From positions 1 through 64,000 of IMG/VR virus record IMGVR_UViG_3300036770_006296: a stretch of 64,000 bases of DNA, one strand, 5' to 3'. Made by a program: the position numbers and the translations under genes. Under the pieces are notes generated by a model. The model saw nothing but the letters and a program-made list of their open reading frames with translations, ran no database searches and had not been told where the DNA came from. Below, piece by piece: positions 39,331 through 47,756 of this stretch. Numbering within the stretch: position 1 is the first letter of the stretch; every line of letters starts with the position of its first letter.

Positions 39331-40077
39331 ATGATTTTAAGGTTAAAAGATTTTGTTAGTGAGCAAGAAAACGTAGGAGCTGAAACTCCTCAAAGCTCTC
39401 TTTCTACTAGTTCTAGTAAGAACCTAAAGATAAATTGGACTAAGCCAGACCTAGCTATGGAGATTGATCACTATGACGATAAAGCAAAATTAGAGTTTTA
39501 TCAGCACAACATAACTATAGGAAACAAGGACATTGGTAAAACATCCCCAAGAGCAACTAAATTTTATAAATATATTTCAGAGCCTTTTAGAAAGGGTCAC
39601 TTTGAAAATATTCCAATAGTTTCTGAAGGGAGCTTTGATGTTAACAGTATACAGAACTTTATGGTTTATGAATACGACAACATCGTAAACGGAGCATACG
39701 GAAGAGCATATGGTGATGTACTTATAAAAACAACCGAAGAATTAAAGAAAAGTGGATCTATAAGTTTACCTGCTCCGATCGTAATAAAATTTATAAACTT
39801 CGGAGAAACTAGAACATCAGAGGAAGCAAGCTATTATCTATTCTCCGGAAACAGAGTCGCTAACTTGGCTCTTCAATATAACATACCTATAAAAGCATGG
39901 GTTGTTGACCTAATTCCTTCCAGAAGGGATGTTAGACAATTTGCAGATCAATCTGGTGCTTCTGCAAATCCTACTAAATTTAAGAAGCTTCTTAGAAGAG
40001 AAACAGGGAAAGAAAACATCGACGACTTAAATGCTAGGGAAAGATTCAAAATCATCCAATCCCTTAAGAATTTTTAA
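39331..40077 (+). CDS. Hypothetical protein with CTS-like N-terminus and a possible ParB/Srx-like domain
   Basis: MILRLKDFVSEQ leader; LPAPIVIKF...YYLFSGNRVANLA...IKAWVV resembles a ParB-N core. Confidence 0.4.
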   Translation: MILRLKDFVSEQENVGAETPQSSLSTSSSKNLKINWTKPDLAMEIDHYDDKAKLEFYQHNITIGNKDIGKTSPRATKFYKYISEPFRKGHFENIPIVSEGSFDVNSIQNFMVYEYDNIVNGAYGRAYGDVLIKTTEELKKSGSISLPAPIVIKFINFGETRTSEEASYYLFSGNRVANLALQYNIPIKAWVVDLIPSRRDVRQFADQSGASANPTKFKKLLRRETGKENIDDLNARERFKIIQSLKNF

Positions 40078-40091
40078 TCTACCTTTATGGT

Positions 40092-41009
40092 ATGAAATAC
40101 AACACTAGAATGGGTTATTGTTGTCTTTGTCTTTCATTAGAAAAAGAAAAAGTCACAACAAACAGAGGAATGGTAAAAAAGACGTTCCTAGAAAAGGGAC
40201 TTCCTTACGTCTCTGAACTTGCTGTAAAGAACACGGAAGATCTTATAAGAATAATAAATTTTAACGCCAAAAGTGGAATTAGAATGTATAGGATGAGTTC
40301 TGATATGTTCCCTTGGATGTCTGAATATGAAATATCTGATCTACCGGACTACGAAATCATAGATCTTAACCTTAAAATAGCTGGAGATATAGCTAGGGCT
40401 ATGGACCAGAGACTAAGCTTCCATCCGTCTCCATATTGTGTAATTGCTTCAGAAAATCCATCTGTTGTTGAAAAATCTATAAAGGAACTCAGACAACACG
40501 CAGAGATAATGGATCTAATGGGATTAGAAAGAAGCCACAAGTATCCAATAAACATACATATAAACACAACTAAGCCTTCCAAGGAAGATGCTGCTAAAAG
40601 ATTTTTAAAATCTTTTGAACTACTTCCTGAGGGGGTAAAGAAGAGATTGGTTGTTGAAAATGACGATAAGAAAAGCCAGTTCACTCCTACTGATTTGTAT
40701 AATATGATATATAAAGAGTCAGGGATTCCTATAACATATGATTTTTTACATCATAAATGTAATCCGGACGAGATATCTGAAGAAGAAGCTTTAGATCTTT
40801 GTATATCAACATGGCCCGAAAATACAATAGCTCTAACTCATTTTTCAGATTCTAGAAAACTTTACGAAGATTCTGGTGCTAAAGAGGTAGCACACTCCGA
40901 TTGGATTTGGAGTAAAATAGAAACTTATGGTCGAGTTTTCGATATAGAATTAGAGGTCAAGATGAAAGATCTTGCCTTACTGAAATATTTAGAGGAATGG
41001 AAGGAATAG
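40092..41009 (+). CDS. uvsE: UV-damage endonuclease (UvsE/UVDE)
   Basis: MGYCC, YRMSSDMFPW, RLSFHPSPY, RLVVENDD, YDFLHH, HFSDS, HSD, IELEVKMKDLAL. Confidence 0.92.
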   Translation: MKYNTRMGYCCLCLSLEKEKVTTNRGMVKKTFLEKGLPYVSELAVKNTEDLIRIINFNAKSGIRMYRMSSDMFPWMSEYEISDLPDYEIIDLNLKIAGDIARAMDQRLSFHPSPYCVIASENPSVVEKSIKELRQHAEIMDLMGLERSHKYPINIHINTTKPSKEDAAKRFLKSFELLPEGVKKRLVVENDDKKSQFTPTDLYNMIYKESGIPITYDFLHHKCNPDEISEEEALDLCISTWPENTIALTHFSDSRKLYEDSGAKEVAHSDWIWSKIETYGRVFDIELEVKMKDLALLKYLEEWKE

Positions 41010-41212
41010 AAGAAATAGATTTATCCAAATCTAAATGGAACCCAGAAAATGAGATTTATCTCATGTCTGTCGTAGAAGGTATAAAAGAAAATTATCCTCA
41101 GATAGATCTGGACGAAGAGCTAAAAGAATCTGGTTATTCAATAGACGAATTAGCAGATTCTAAAATTATTGTTTCATTTATGAAAAAGCTCAATGAAAAA
41201 TATCCAGATTAA
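40997..41212 (+). CDS. Small acidic hypothetical protein
   Basis: 71-aa ORF overlapping the end of uvsE. Confidence 0.45.
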   Translation: MEGIEEIDLSKSKWNPENEIYLMSVVEGIKENYPQIDLDEELKESGYSIDELADSKIIVSFMKKLNEKYPD

Positions 41213-41348
41213 TGCTTGTGCTATTAAAAAGGATATCTTTTATGGCTCTTGCTTTAGCTAGCGGGTTTTTTATCTATGCTCTTTTATTTCTGATAGAGTT
41301 TCCTAAAATAATTTCTGGTATTTTTTATTCTTTTAAAAAACATTAAAG

Positions 41349-42386
41349 TTGATTAATTACTACGAAATTTTAGGCGTCCAAGAAAATGCCGACCAGGAGT
41401 CTATAAAGAAAGCTTACAGACAAATGGCTAAGAAATTCCACCCCGACCGGAACAAAGATCAAGGGGCGGAGGAAAGGTTCAAGAAAATTACAGAAGCTTA
41501 TGAAAACATAGGAGATCCTACTAAGAGGAGAGAATATGACAATAAGAGAAATTTTAAAGATCATTTCTTCGGCGGGTTTGAAAATTTTAATCACTGGAAT
41601 CAAAAAGATCCTTTTGCAAGCCACTATAATCCAGGATTTCCTCAAGATCCTAAGGGAGGACACATTAGTATCACGCTAAAAGTGACATTGAATGATGTGC
41701 TAAATGGAGTAGAGAAGAAAATCAAATTAAAAAGAGATAAAAAATGTAAATCATGTGAAGCCACGGGAGCAGAAGGAGGTGCGTCCTTTCAAACTTGCGG
41801 AAATTGTAACGGAACTGGACAAATTACAATAAATAAAACCAATGGATTTGTACAGATTCATTCAGTTACCGTTTGTAATATTTGTAGAGGCAATGGGAAA
41901 ACTATACTGGAATATTGTATGAGCTGTCTAGGTAAGGGATTGATAGCAGAAGATGATCTGATTGATATAAATATACCCGCAGGATCTTCAGATGGAATGC
42001 AATTTGTAGTGGCAAATAAAGGAAACGAGGGTAAAGGAAACGGATTACCAGGGGATCTTTATGTGAAGATAAGTGAGATCGAGAATGAAAATTTTGTGAG
42101 AAGAGGAATCGATCTTATATCAGCAAAACAAATAACCTTTATAGACGCTGTTCTTGGAACTAATATAGATGTTGAGATGCCGGACGGGGAGGAATTAAAA
42201 GCTATTATTTCCCCAGGTACAATTCCGGGTACCATCCTTAAATTTTCTCAAAAAGGAATACCTAATATGGGATACGGAGGCAGGGGAGATTTCTTGGTGG
42301 AAATAAACGTAAAGATTCCTTCAGATCTTAATAAGGAAGAAATAAGATTCATGGAGGAGTTAAGAGAGTACGATATGTTTAAATAA
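41349..42386 (+). CDS. dnaJ: DnaJ (Hsp40) co-chaperone, full type I architecture
   Basis: J-domain with HPD, a G/F-rich region, four CxxCxGxG-type repeats (CKSCEATG, CGNCNGTG, CNICRGNG, CMSCLGKG) and a C-terminal domain. Confidence 0.92.
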   Translation: MINYYEILGVQENADQESIKKAYRQMAKKFHPDRNKDQGAEERFKKITEAYENIGDPTKRREYDNKRNFKDHFFGGFENFNHWNQKDPFASHYNPGFPQDPKGGHISITLKVTLNDVLNGVEKKIKLKRDKKCKSCEATGAEGGASFQTCGNCNGTGQITINKTNGFVQIHSVTVCNICRGNGKTILEYCMSCLGKGLIAEDDLIDINIPAGSSDGMQFVVANKGNEGKGNGLPGDLYVKISEIENENFVRRGIDLISAKQITFIDAVLGTNIDVEMPDGEELKAIISPGTIPGTILKFSQKGIPNMGYGGRGDFLVEINVKIPSDLNKEEIRFMEELREYDMFK

Positions 42387-42395
42387 ATTTAATTA

Positions 42396-42722
42396 ATGAT
42401 GGAATTCTTTTTTTATATACTTGCAGTTTGGGGACTAACCCACATACTAGTAGCATCCAAAATAATGGAACCCACTAGAAATTGGCTTCTTATAAAAGCT
42501 CCCTTTTTTGGAGATATGCTTAATTGCTACCAGTGCACCTCCTTTTGGTCATCTATGATTTTATACTTTATGTTTAACGACTTAAATGTGGGGGGACTCT
42601 ACTTTTATCTTAATGGAATCAAAATAGGATTTGATTTCTTATTAATTTCTTTTATTGGATCTGGTATAGTGTCATTTATATCCATAATAATGTCAATCCT
42701 GATAAATAAATCTAAAGGATAG
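42396..42722 (+). CDS. DUF1360-like membrane protein
   Basis: Hydrophobic helices with LAVWGLTHIL...MLNCYQCTSFW. Confidence 0.6.
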   Translation: MMEFFFYILAVWGLTHILVASKIMEPTRNWLLIKAPFFGDMLNCYQCTSFWSSMILYFMFNDLNVGGLYFYLNGIKIGFDFLLISFIGSGIVSFISIIMSILINKSKG

Positions 42723-42727
42723 GTTTC

Positions 42728-42736
42728 GATATATAC
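42728..42736 (+). promoter_or_regulatory. Putative late promoter GATATATAC
   Basis: Immediately before the ATG at 42740. Confidence 0.55.
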
Positions 42737-42739
42737 ATT

Positions 42740-44287
42740 ATGGAAAGAAAAGTATTATCATTTAGCCAATTTTTAAATGAACAAGAAACCGGAACAACCG
42801 GAGCCACAGGATCTTCAGATTCGGGAAATCTAGGTAGACCTGAAACGGAAAGAGAAGCAAAATCAAGGATCGCAAAAAATATAGTACAATCTGTTTTTGG
42901 CGATATAGGAGGAAGTGGTGGTGTTGATAGTTATATCGACCAAACTAAAGAGGTAAAAGAATCTTTACCTTACAAAGGATGCGGAGTATCTGATCCATAT
43001 AAATTAGAGAAGACCCCTCTTTCTGTAATGACTATTAAGCTGCTTCTTAATTATTTACAAGAGAAAAAAGTTGGTGACTATACAAGAGTTATAAACGAAC
43101 TAAATGAGAAGAGAGCGGTAATAATTGGTATAAGAAATAGAATAGCAACAAAAAAGGAAAGTGCAAATCAAGATAGATTTTGTGATGCCTTATATTTCAT
43201 ACCTGGCAATGCAAAAGATGGAACTGAAAGTGCTGGCGCTACTGGAGCTACCGGAGCTACTGGAGCATCGTCTGGTTTTATGCAACAAAAGAAAAATGAA
43301 TCTCTATCCCTTTACGACTACATAGAACAAAGAATAACGGAATTAGAAACGGTTTCTGAATCTGGACTTTGGACATTTGAGGATTTTGCTCGGATGAACG
43401 GGGAAAGAGAATTTTTAATTAAAAATAGGGATCTTTTAGAGTCCGGAGAAATATCGGAGAATGATTTCGTAGAGTTATACGAGGATTTCTTAGGGATAGG
43501 CGGATTCTTTAAAGGAGCTTGGGATAAAGGAAAACAAGCGGTTAACTGGGTAGGTAAGAAACTTGGATTGGTCGACGATAAACCTAAAACCGGGAAAGTT
43601 GATATGGATAGTGAGGACGATACTAAATCTTCTTCACAAAAACAATCTGGTGCTGCCGGTGCTACTGGTGCTACTGGTGCTACTGGTCCAACTCCCCCAT
43701 CTGACTTAGGTGATAAAATTGAACCATACCAAATAACAACAGTTGCTAGTTTAGCTTACTATGGTAAAAAGCCTATGAATCCTAAAGGTGTAGGTATTAA
43801 GCTACCTGGGGATACTCTTTATGTATTACAGGAAAGTACATTAGGAGGAAAAACTAAATATAAGATGATGGTGGAGGCCGAAAAAATTAAAGTAGGCAGA
43901 TATCCTATAGGGGTTACTAAATATGAAACCTATAAACCAGCTGAAACATATACCGAAAGTTGTGGAATGCAAATACACAGATCCTCAACTAAAGGCGTAG
44001 GGGTTTGTATAGGACCCTGGTCAGCAGGATGCCAAGTATTTTCTGATTATGCTGAATGGCAAGAATTTATATCTAAAGCTGAAAAGGAATCGATGAATGC
44101 CTCAAAATTCCTATATGGATTGATCCAACTGGATGACATACCAGAGGAAGTATTAAAGTCTGCAATAATTGGTTTACCGTATAGCCCTCAACAAGAACAA
44201 CAACCTGTTGCTCAAAACGTTACAGGCGGAACTCAAGTAAAAGGATCAGGAAAAGACGTAAGAAAGGTCGGTTTTAACGAGGAATAG
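42740..44287 (+). CDS. CTS-tagged protein with an L,D-transpeptidase (YkuD)-like catalytic motif and GAT repeats
   Basis: VLSFSQFLNEQ leader; IIGIRN...RFCDALY; GMQIHRS...PWSAGCQV (His...Cys); two (GAT)n linkers flanking an insertion. Confidence 0.55.
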   Translation: MERKVLSFSQFLNEQETGTTGATGSSDSGNLGRPETEREAKSRIAKNIVQSVFGDIGGSGGVDSYIDQTKEVKESLPYKGCGVSDPYKLEKTPLSVMTIKLLLNYLQEKKVGDYTRVINELNEKRAVIIGIRNRIATKKESANQDRFCDALYFIPGNAKDGTESAGATGATGATGASSGFMQQKKNESLSLYDYIEQRITELETVSESGLWTFEDFARMNGEREFLIKNRDLLESGEISENDFVELYEDFLGIGGFFKGAWDKGKQAVNWVGKKLGLVDDKPKTGKVDMDSEDDTKSSSQKQSGAAGATGATGATGPTPPSDLGDKIEPYQITTVASLAYYGKKPMNPKGVGIKLPGDTLYVLQESTLGGKTKYKMMVEAEKIKVGRYPIGVTKYETYKPAETYTESCGMQIHRSSTKGVGVCIGPWSAGCQVFSDYAEWQEFISKAEKESMNASKFLYGLIQLDDIPEEVLKSAIIGLPYSPQQEQQPVAQNVTGGTQVKGSGKDVRKVGFNEE

Positions 44288-44315
44288 AAACTTTAATCCA
44301 TTATCCCAGTATAAT
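44287..44315 (+). promoter_or_regulatory. GAAAC-N16-AGTATAAT promoter upstream of the topoisomerase II A subunit, clamp and polB C-half
   Basis: Bipartite motif with conserved spacing. Confidence 0.6.
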
Positions 44316-44338
44316 TTTCATCAGTGAAAATATTTTAA

Positions 44339-45754
44339 GTGGATAAGAGGATAACAATTTCAGATCAGATAAATCAGGATTACCGTAAGTACGCATTATA
44401 CGTTATTCAAAGCAGAGGCATTCCTAATTTCTATGATGCACTAACACCTGTACAAAGACTAATTCTTCAGAATTCCCCGAGTAACTTCAAAAAAACAGTA
44501 GGTGTAATAGGTGAAGTTTTTAGTACTGGCTTATACCATCATGGTGATTCTTCAATGGCTCAAGCCATATCCAAGTTAGCGAGGCCTTTTTCGTGTGCTG
44601 AACAGATATTATTGGGAGATGGATTTTTTGGAAGTCCAGTCAATCCAGTTCCATCTGCTCCTAGATACACCCAGGTAAAAATCTCTAATAAGTATAAAGA
44701 GATAATAGAAAAATATAAGGATCTAAATGTACCCAACGAGGAGGGTGGATTTGATTGGATCCATGTTGACTATCCTGTGGGTCTTTCCACTCACATTGTT
44801 GGGATAGCAGTTGGATATAAATCTAACGTGCTTCCACGAAAGCCTGAAGATATAGTTGCATACATAACAGGAAATAAATCTAAGAAATTAAAACCATATT
44901 TTAGGGGATTTAAAGGAAAGGTAACAAGAATGGATTCTCTTAAATCAGCTTGGCTTATAGAAGGGGACACTGAAATAGATGTTACAACTAGAACATTCAA
45001 GATAAACTCTATATCACCCCTTCAGAGATATGAATCTTTTTTTATTAGGCTCAACAACATTCTGGAAAGAAAATCCCTTAATTACAAGATGGATAATTTC
45101 TCAACTGATGAAGTTAAGATCACGATAAAGTTTAGGTGCACAGATCAGGAATTCAAGGAAGTCTCAGATCTAATAGCTAAAGAAACAAAACAGATAGTTA
45201 CTGAAAATATAGTTTTCGTGCGGGATGGATCGGTCTTGGAATATGATTGTATAGAAGATTATTTAGAAGACTTCATTGTACACAGGGAAAGAACTATTTT
45301 AAAAAGATATGAGAGGGATCTACTTTATCTTGACGATGAATTAGAATTTTTAGAAGCTAAGCTTAAATTTCTTATTTTTATGCAGGAAAGGAAGAGAGGA
45401 GTTGATGAGGTTTCAGCATTTCTTAGCGATTATAAAAGGGAAATATCCAGAAGGCTAGAATCCATATCTTTAATAAAGCTAACAAAGGAGGAAATAATTA
45501 AGACAAAAGAAGAAATTAATTCAATAAAATCTGATATAAAGATTAAGAATCAAGAAATAAAGAAACAAAGAGATAGAGTTAAAGTTATCGAAAAAGAAAA
45601 TTCTTTATTAAAAAAGAAAACGACTTCAAGAACAACTTCGCTCTTAGGAGAATTAAAAGAAGAATTTCATAATGGAATAAGAATATTTGATCCAGAAGAA
45701 GAAATAATAGAAGAAGTAGAACAAGAAAACGAATTAAATATAGAAAATGAGTAA
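44339..45754 (+). CDS. Type IIA DNA topoisomerase, breakage-reunion subunit (GyrA/ParC; T4 gp52-like)
   Basis: YRKYALYVI..RGIP...DALTPVQRLIL, YHHGDSS, GDGFFGS and SAPRYT (catalytic Tyr); no gyrase CTD. Confidence 0.92.
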   Translation: MDKRITISDQINQDYRKYALYVIQSRGIPNFYDALTPVQRLILQNSPSNFKKTVGVIGEVFSTGLYHHGDSSMAQAISKLARPFSCAEQILLGDGFFGSPVNPVPSAPRYTQVKISNKYKEIIEKYKDLNVPNEEGGFDWIHVDYPVGLSTHIVGIAVGYKSNVLPRKPEDIVAYITGNKSKKLKPYFRGFKGKVTRMDSLKSAWLIEGDTEIDVTTRTFKINSISPLQRYESFFIRLNNILERKSLNYKMDNFSTDEVKITIKFRCTDQEFKEVSDLIAKETKQIVTENIVFVRDGSVLEYDCIEDYLEDFIVHRERTILKRYERDLLYLDDELEFLEAKLKFLIFMQERKRGVDEVSAFLSDYKREISRRLESISLIKLTKEEIIKTKEEINSIKSDIKIKNQEIKKQRDRVKVIEKENSLLKKKTTSRTTSLLGELKEEFHNGIRIFDPEEEIIEEVEQENELNIENE

Positions 45755-46514
45755 GAAACAAGCAACTTGGAATTTTAGGATTACTAATCCTGCCAATTTT
45801 ATGTCTTTCCTTAAAAAATTAAAATTGGTAGACAAAAGCGTTCCTCTAGAAATAGAAGGAGGTAATTTATTTGCTAAAGTAAGAACACCAGATAAATCTG
45901 TTATTAAGTATGTCAGTGTGGATATTAATGATATACTGGAAGGAGATTTTCCTCCAAATAGATTAAAAATAGGTATTCTTGAGATAAGTAAGTTAATCGA
46001 TGTGTTTAAATATTTTGGACCGGAAGAAGAACTTAACTTGACAGTTGATTCCCAGCCTTATGATTCAGATCTAATCGCAACGGGATTAAAATTCTCTTCT
46101 TCATCATTAAACATATTTGTTAAATGTGCAGATATAAGTTTACTTGCTTATATAGACGATAATATACAAAGGCAGATACATTCAACTGAAGGATCGGAAG
46201 TTAATTTTGAAATATCAAAAGAAAACTTCCAAAAAGTATCTTCATTAACGGGGATAGAATCTAACTCTGAAGAACTCCTAAATTTTGATATCGAAGAAAA
46301 TGGGGTGACTATCAGAGGAAATTCATTCCAATACAATTTAATAAAAGGCAAAAAGCCTAATGGATTTTCTAGCTCTAGTGTTTATACAATCTACAAAAAC
46401 CAATTCTCTTATATAGATCAGGAAAATTCGGAGATACACTTCCATGACAATAGAATATTAGTTAAATCAACCGAATCTGATTCTATAATAGCAATAGGTT
46501 TAGTAGAGGTATAA
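45747..46514 (+). CDS. Putative sliding clamp (T4 gp45/PCNA-like)
   Basis: 255 aa with a repeating beta-alpha-beta pattern; KIGILEISKLIDVF resembles gp45 AIYDLxxFL; sits directly upstream of the polB C-half. Confidence 0.55.
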   Translation: MSKKQATWNFRITNPANFMSFLKKLKLVDKSVPLEIEGGNLFAKVRTPDKSVIKYVSVDINDILEGDFPPNRLKIGILEISKLIDVFKYFGPEEELNLTVDSQPYDSDLIATGLKFSSSSLNIFVKCADISLLAYIDDNIQRQIHSTEGSEVNFEISKENFQKVSSLTGIESNSEELLNFDIEENGVTIRGNSFQYNLIKGKKPNGFSSSSVYTIYKNQFSYIDQENSEIHFHDNRILVKSTESDSIIAIGLVEV

Positions 46515-46515
46515 G

Positions 46516-47685
46516 ATGGAAGAAATAGATTACATGTCAATGAGCTTGGAAGAGCTCAATCAAAAACTGCAGGAGTTCCAAAAAAAATCCTCCGATTTTT
46601 ACAATACTGAACAGGGCATTAAACTAACTCTTAATAGTATATACGGAGCGACGGGAAATCAATACTTTGCTCTTTTCAATCCGGACGTAGCAGAGAGTGT
46701 AACTCTACAAGGTCAAGATATATGGAAATTTGCAGAGAAAATAGTTAACAAGTACTTCAATGAGATGTGGCACCTTGACACTGAGCTTCATGAGAAGATG
46801 GGTGTTAGGAACGTAAGAAAGATTACTCTTGATTTTATTATATACGGGGACACTGACTCTAACTATATAAACCTTGGAGCAGTAATGGACTCTTGTGAAT
46901 TTGATTACGATCCTTTTGATTTCGTAAAAAAACTCAACGATTATAGGCTCAAGGACTACATAAAAAAATGTTACGACATCTATTCTAAGAAATGGAATAC
47001 TGAGAACTATCAAGACTTTGAACTGGAAAGTTTATCTTATGCAGGTATATTCTTAGGAAAAAAGAAATACGTACTACACATAGCATGGCAAGATCCTAAT
47101 AAGGATTTATTCCCTAGACTATCTAAAATTAAATCCACAGGTATCGAATTAGCACAGGGAGGTACTGCTCCTTTTGCTAGGGAGAAACTAACATTCCTCC
47201 TTAGACATATCTTTGAAAAGGGTAAGTCATTTGATATAAGGGAATTTGTAAAGATACTGAAGGATATCAAGAATGAATTTAAAGTACAAAGTCCGGATCA
47301 AATATCAATAGGTACTTCAGTTAACAATATAGAAAAGTTCATAGTAAATGATACAAGTAAGTTCGAGGTTGCTAAGGGATGTCCAATGCACGTTAGAGCT
47401 GCTGGATATCATAACTATATCTTGAATAATTCTAAACATAAAGCAAAGTACAGCTTAATAAGATCCTCTGAGAAGATAAAATACTATTACGTTAAAGTTA
47501 ACAACGAAAGGGAGAATAACGTATTCGGATATCTTAATGGTTCTTATCCCTACGAGTTTGCTCCTCCTGTTGATTTCGACGAGCAGTTTAATCGAGTTAT
47601 CCTTGATCCTATAAATAGATTCATTGAAGCTATGGGATATACACCGCTTTCTCCTAATCTTTTACTAGTTAGGGCTCTTTTTTAA
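46516..47685 (+). CDS. polB: Family B DNA polymerase, C-terminal half (motifs B and C, thumb)
   Basis: KLTLNSIYG (motif B), YGDTDS (motif C), KKKYV, KSTGIE and HVRAA. Confidence 0.9.
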   Translation: MEEIDYMSMSLEELNQKLQEFQKKSSDFYNTEQGIKLTLNSIYGATGNQYFALFNPDVAESVTLQGQDIWKFAEKIVNKYFNEMWHLDTELHEKMGVRNVRKITLDFIIYGDTDSNYINLGAVMDSCEFDYDPFDFVKKLNDYRLKDYIKKCYDIYSKKWNTENYQDFELESLSYAGIFLGKKKYVLHIAWQDPNKDLFPRLSKIKSTGIELAQGGTAPFAREKLTFLLRHIFEKGKSFDIREFVKILKDIKNEFKVQSPDQISIGTSVNNIEKFIVNDTSKFEVAKGCPMHVRAAGYHNYILNNSKHKAKYSLIRSSEKIKYYYVKVNNERENNVFGYLNGSYPYEFAPPVDFDEQFNRVILDPINRFIEAMGYTPLSPNLLLVRALF

Positions 47686-47728
47686 TTCTTTGCATATTAC
47701 CATAATGTTTTTTTGCTGCTTCTAGTTG

Positions 47729-47737
47729 GATATATAA
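47729..47737 (+). promoter_or_regulatory. Putative late promoter GATATATAA
   Basis: Intergenic, before AAA+ gene 2. Confidence 0.6.
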
Positions 47738-47756
47738 GATATCTAAAAAAATAAAG

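Noticed and set aside
41240-41270. Possible terminator after the uvsE unit
   Set aside because: The stem relies on several G-U pairs, which is too weak to call confidently.
30200-46620. Split intein joining the two polB halves
   Set aside because: There is no Cys/Ser-initiated N-intein after the N-half and no His-Asn/Cys junction before motif B. The ends are plain charged helices.
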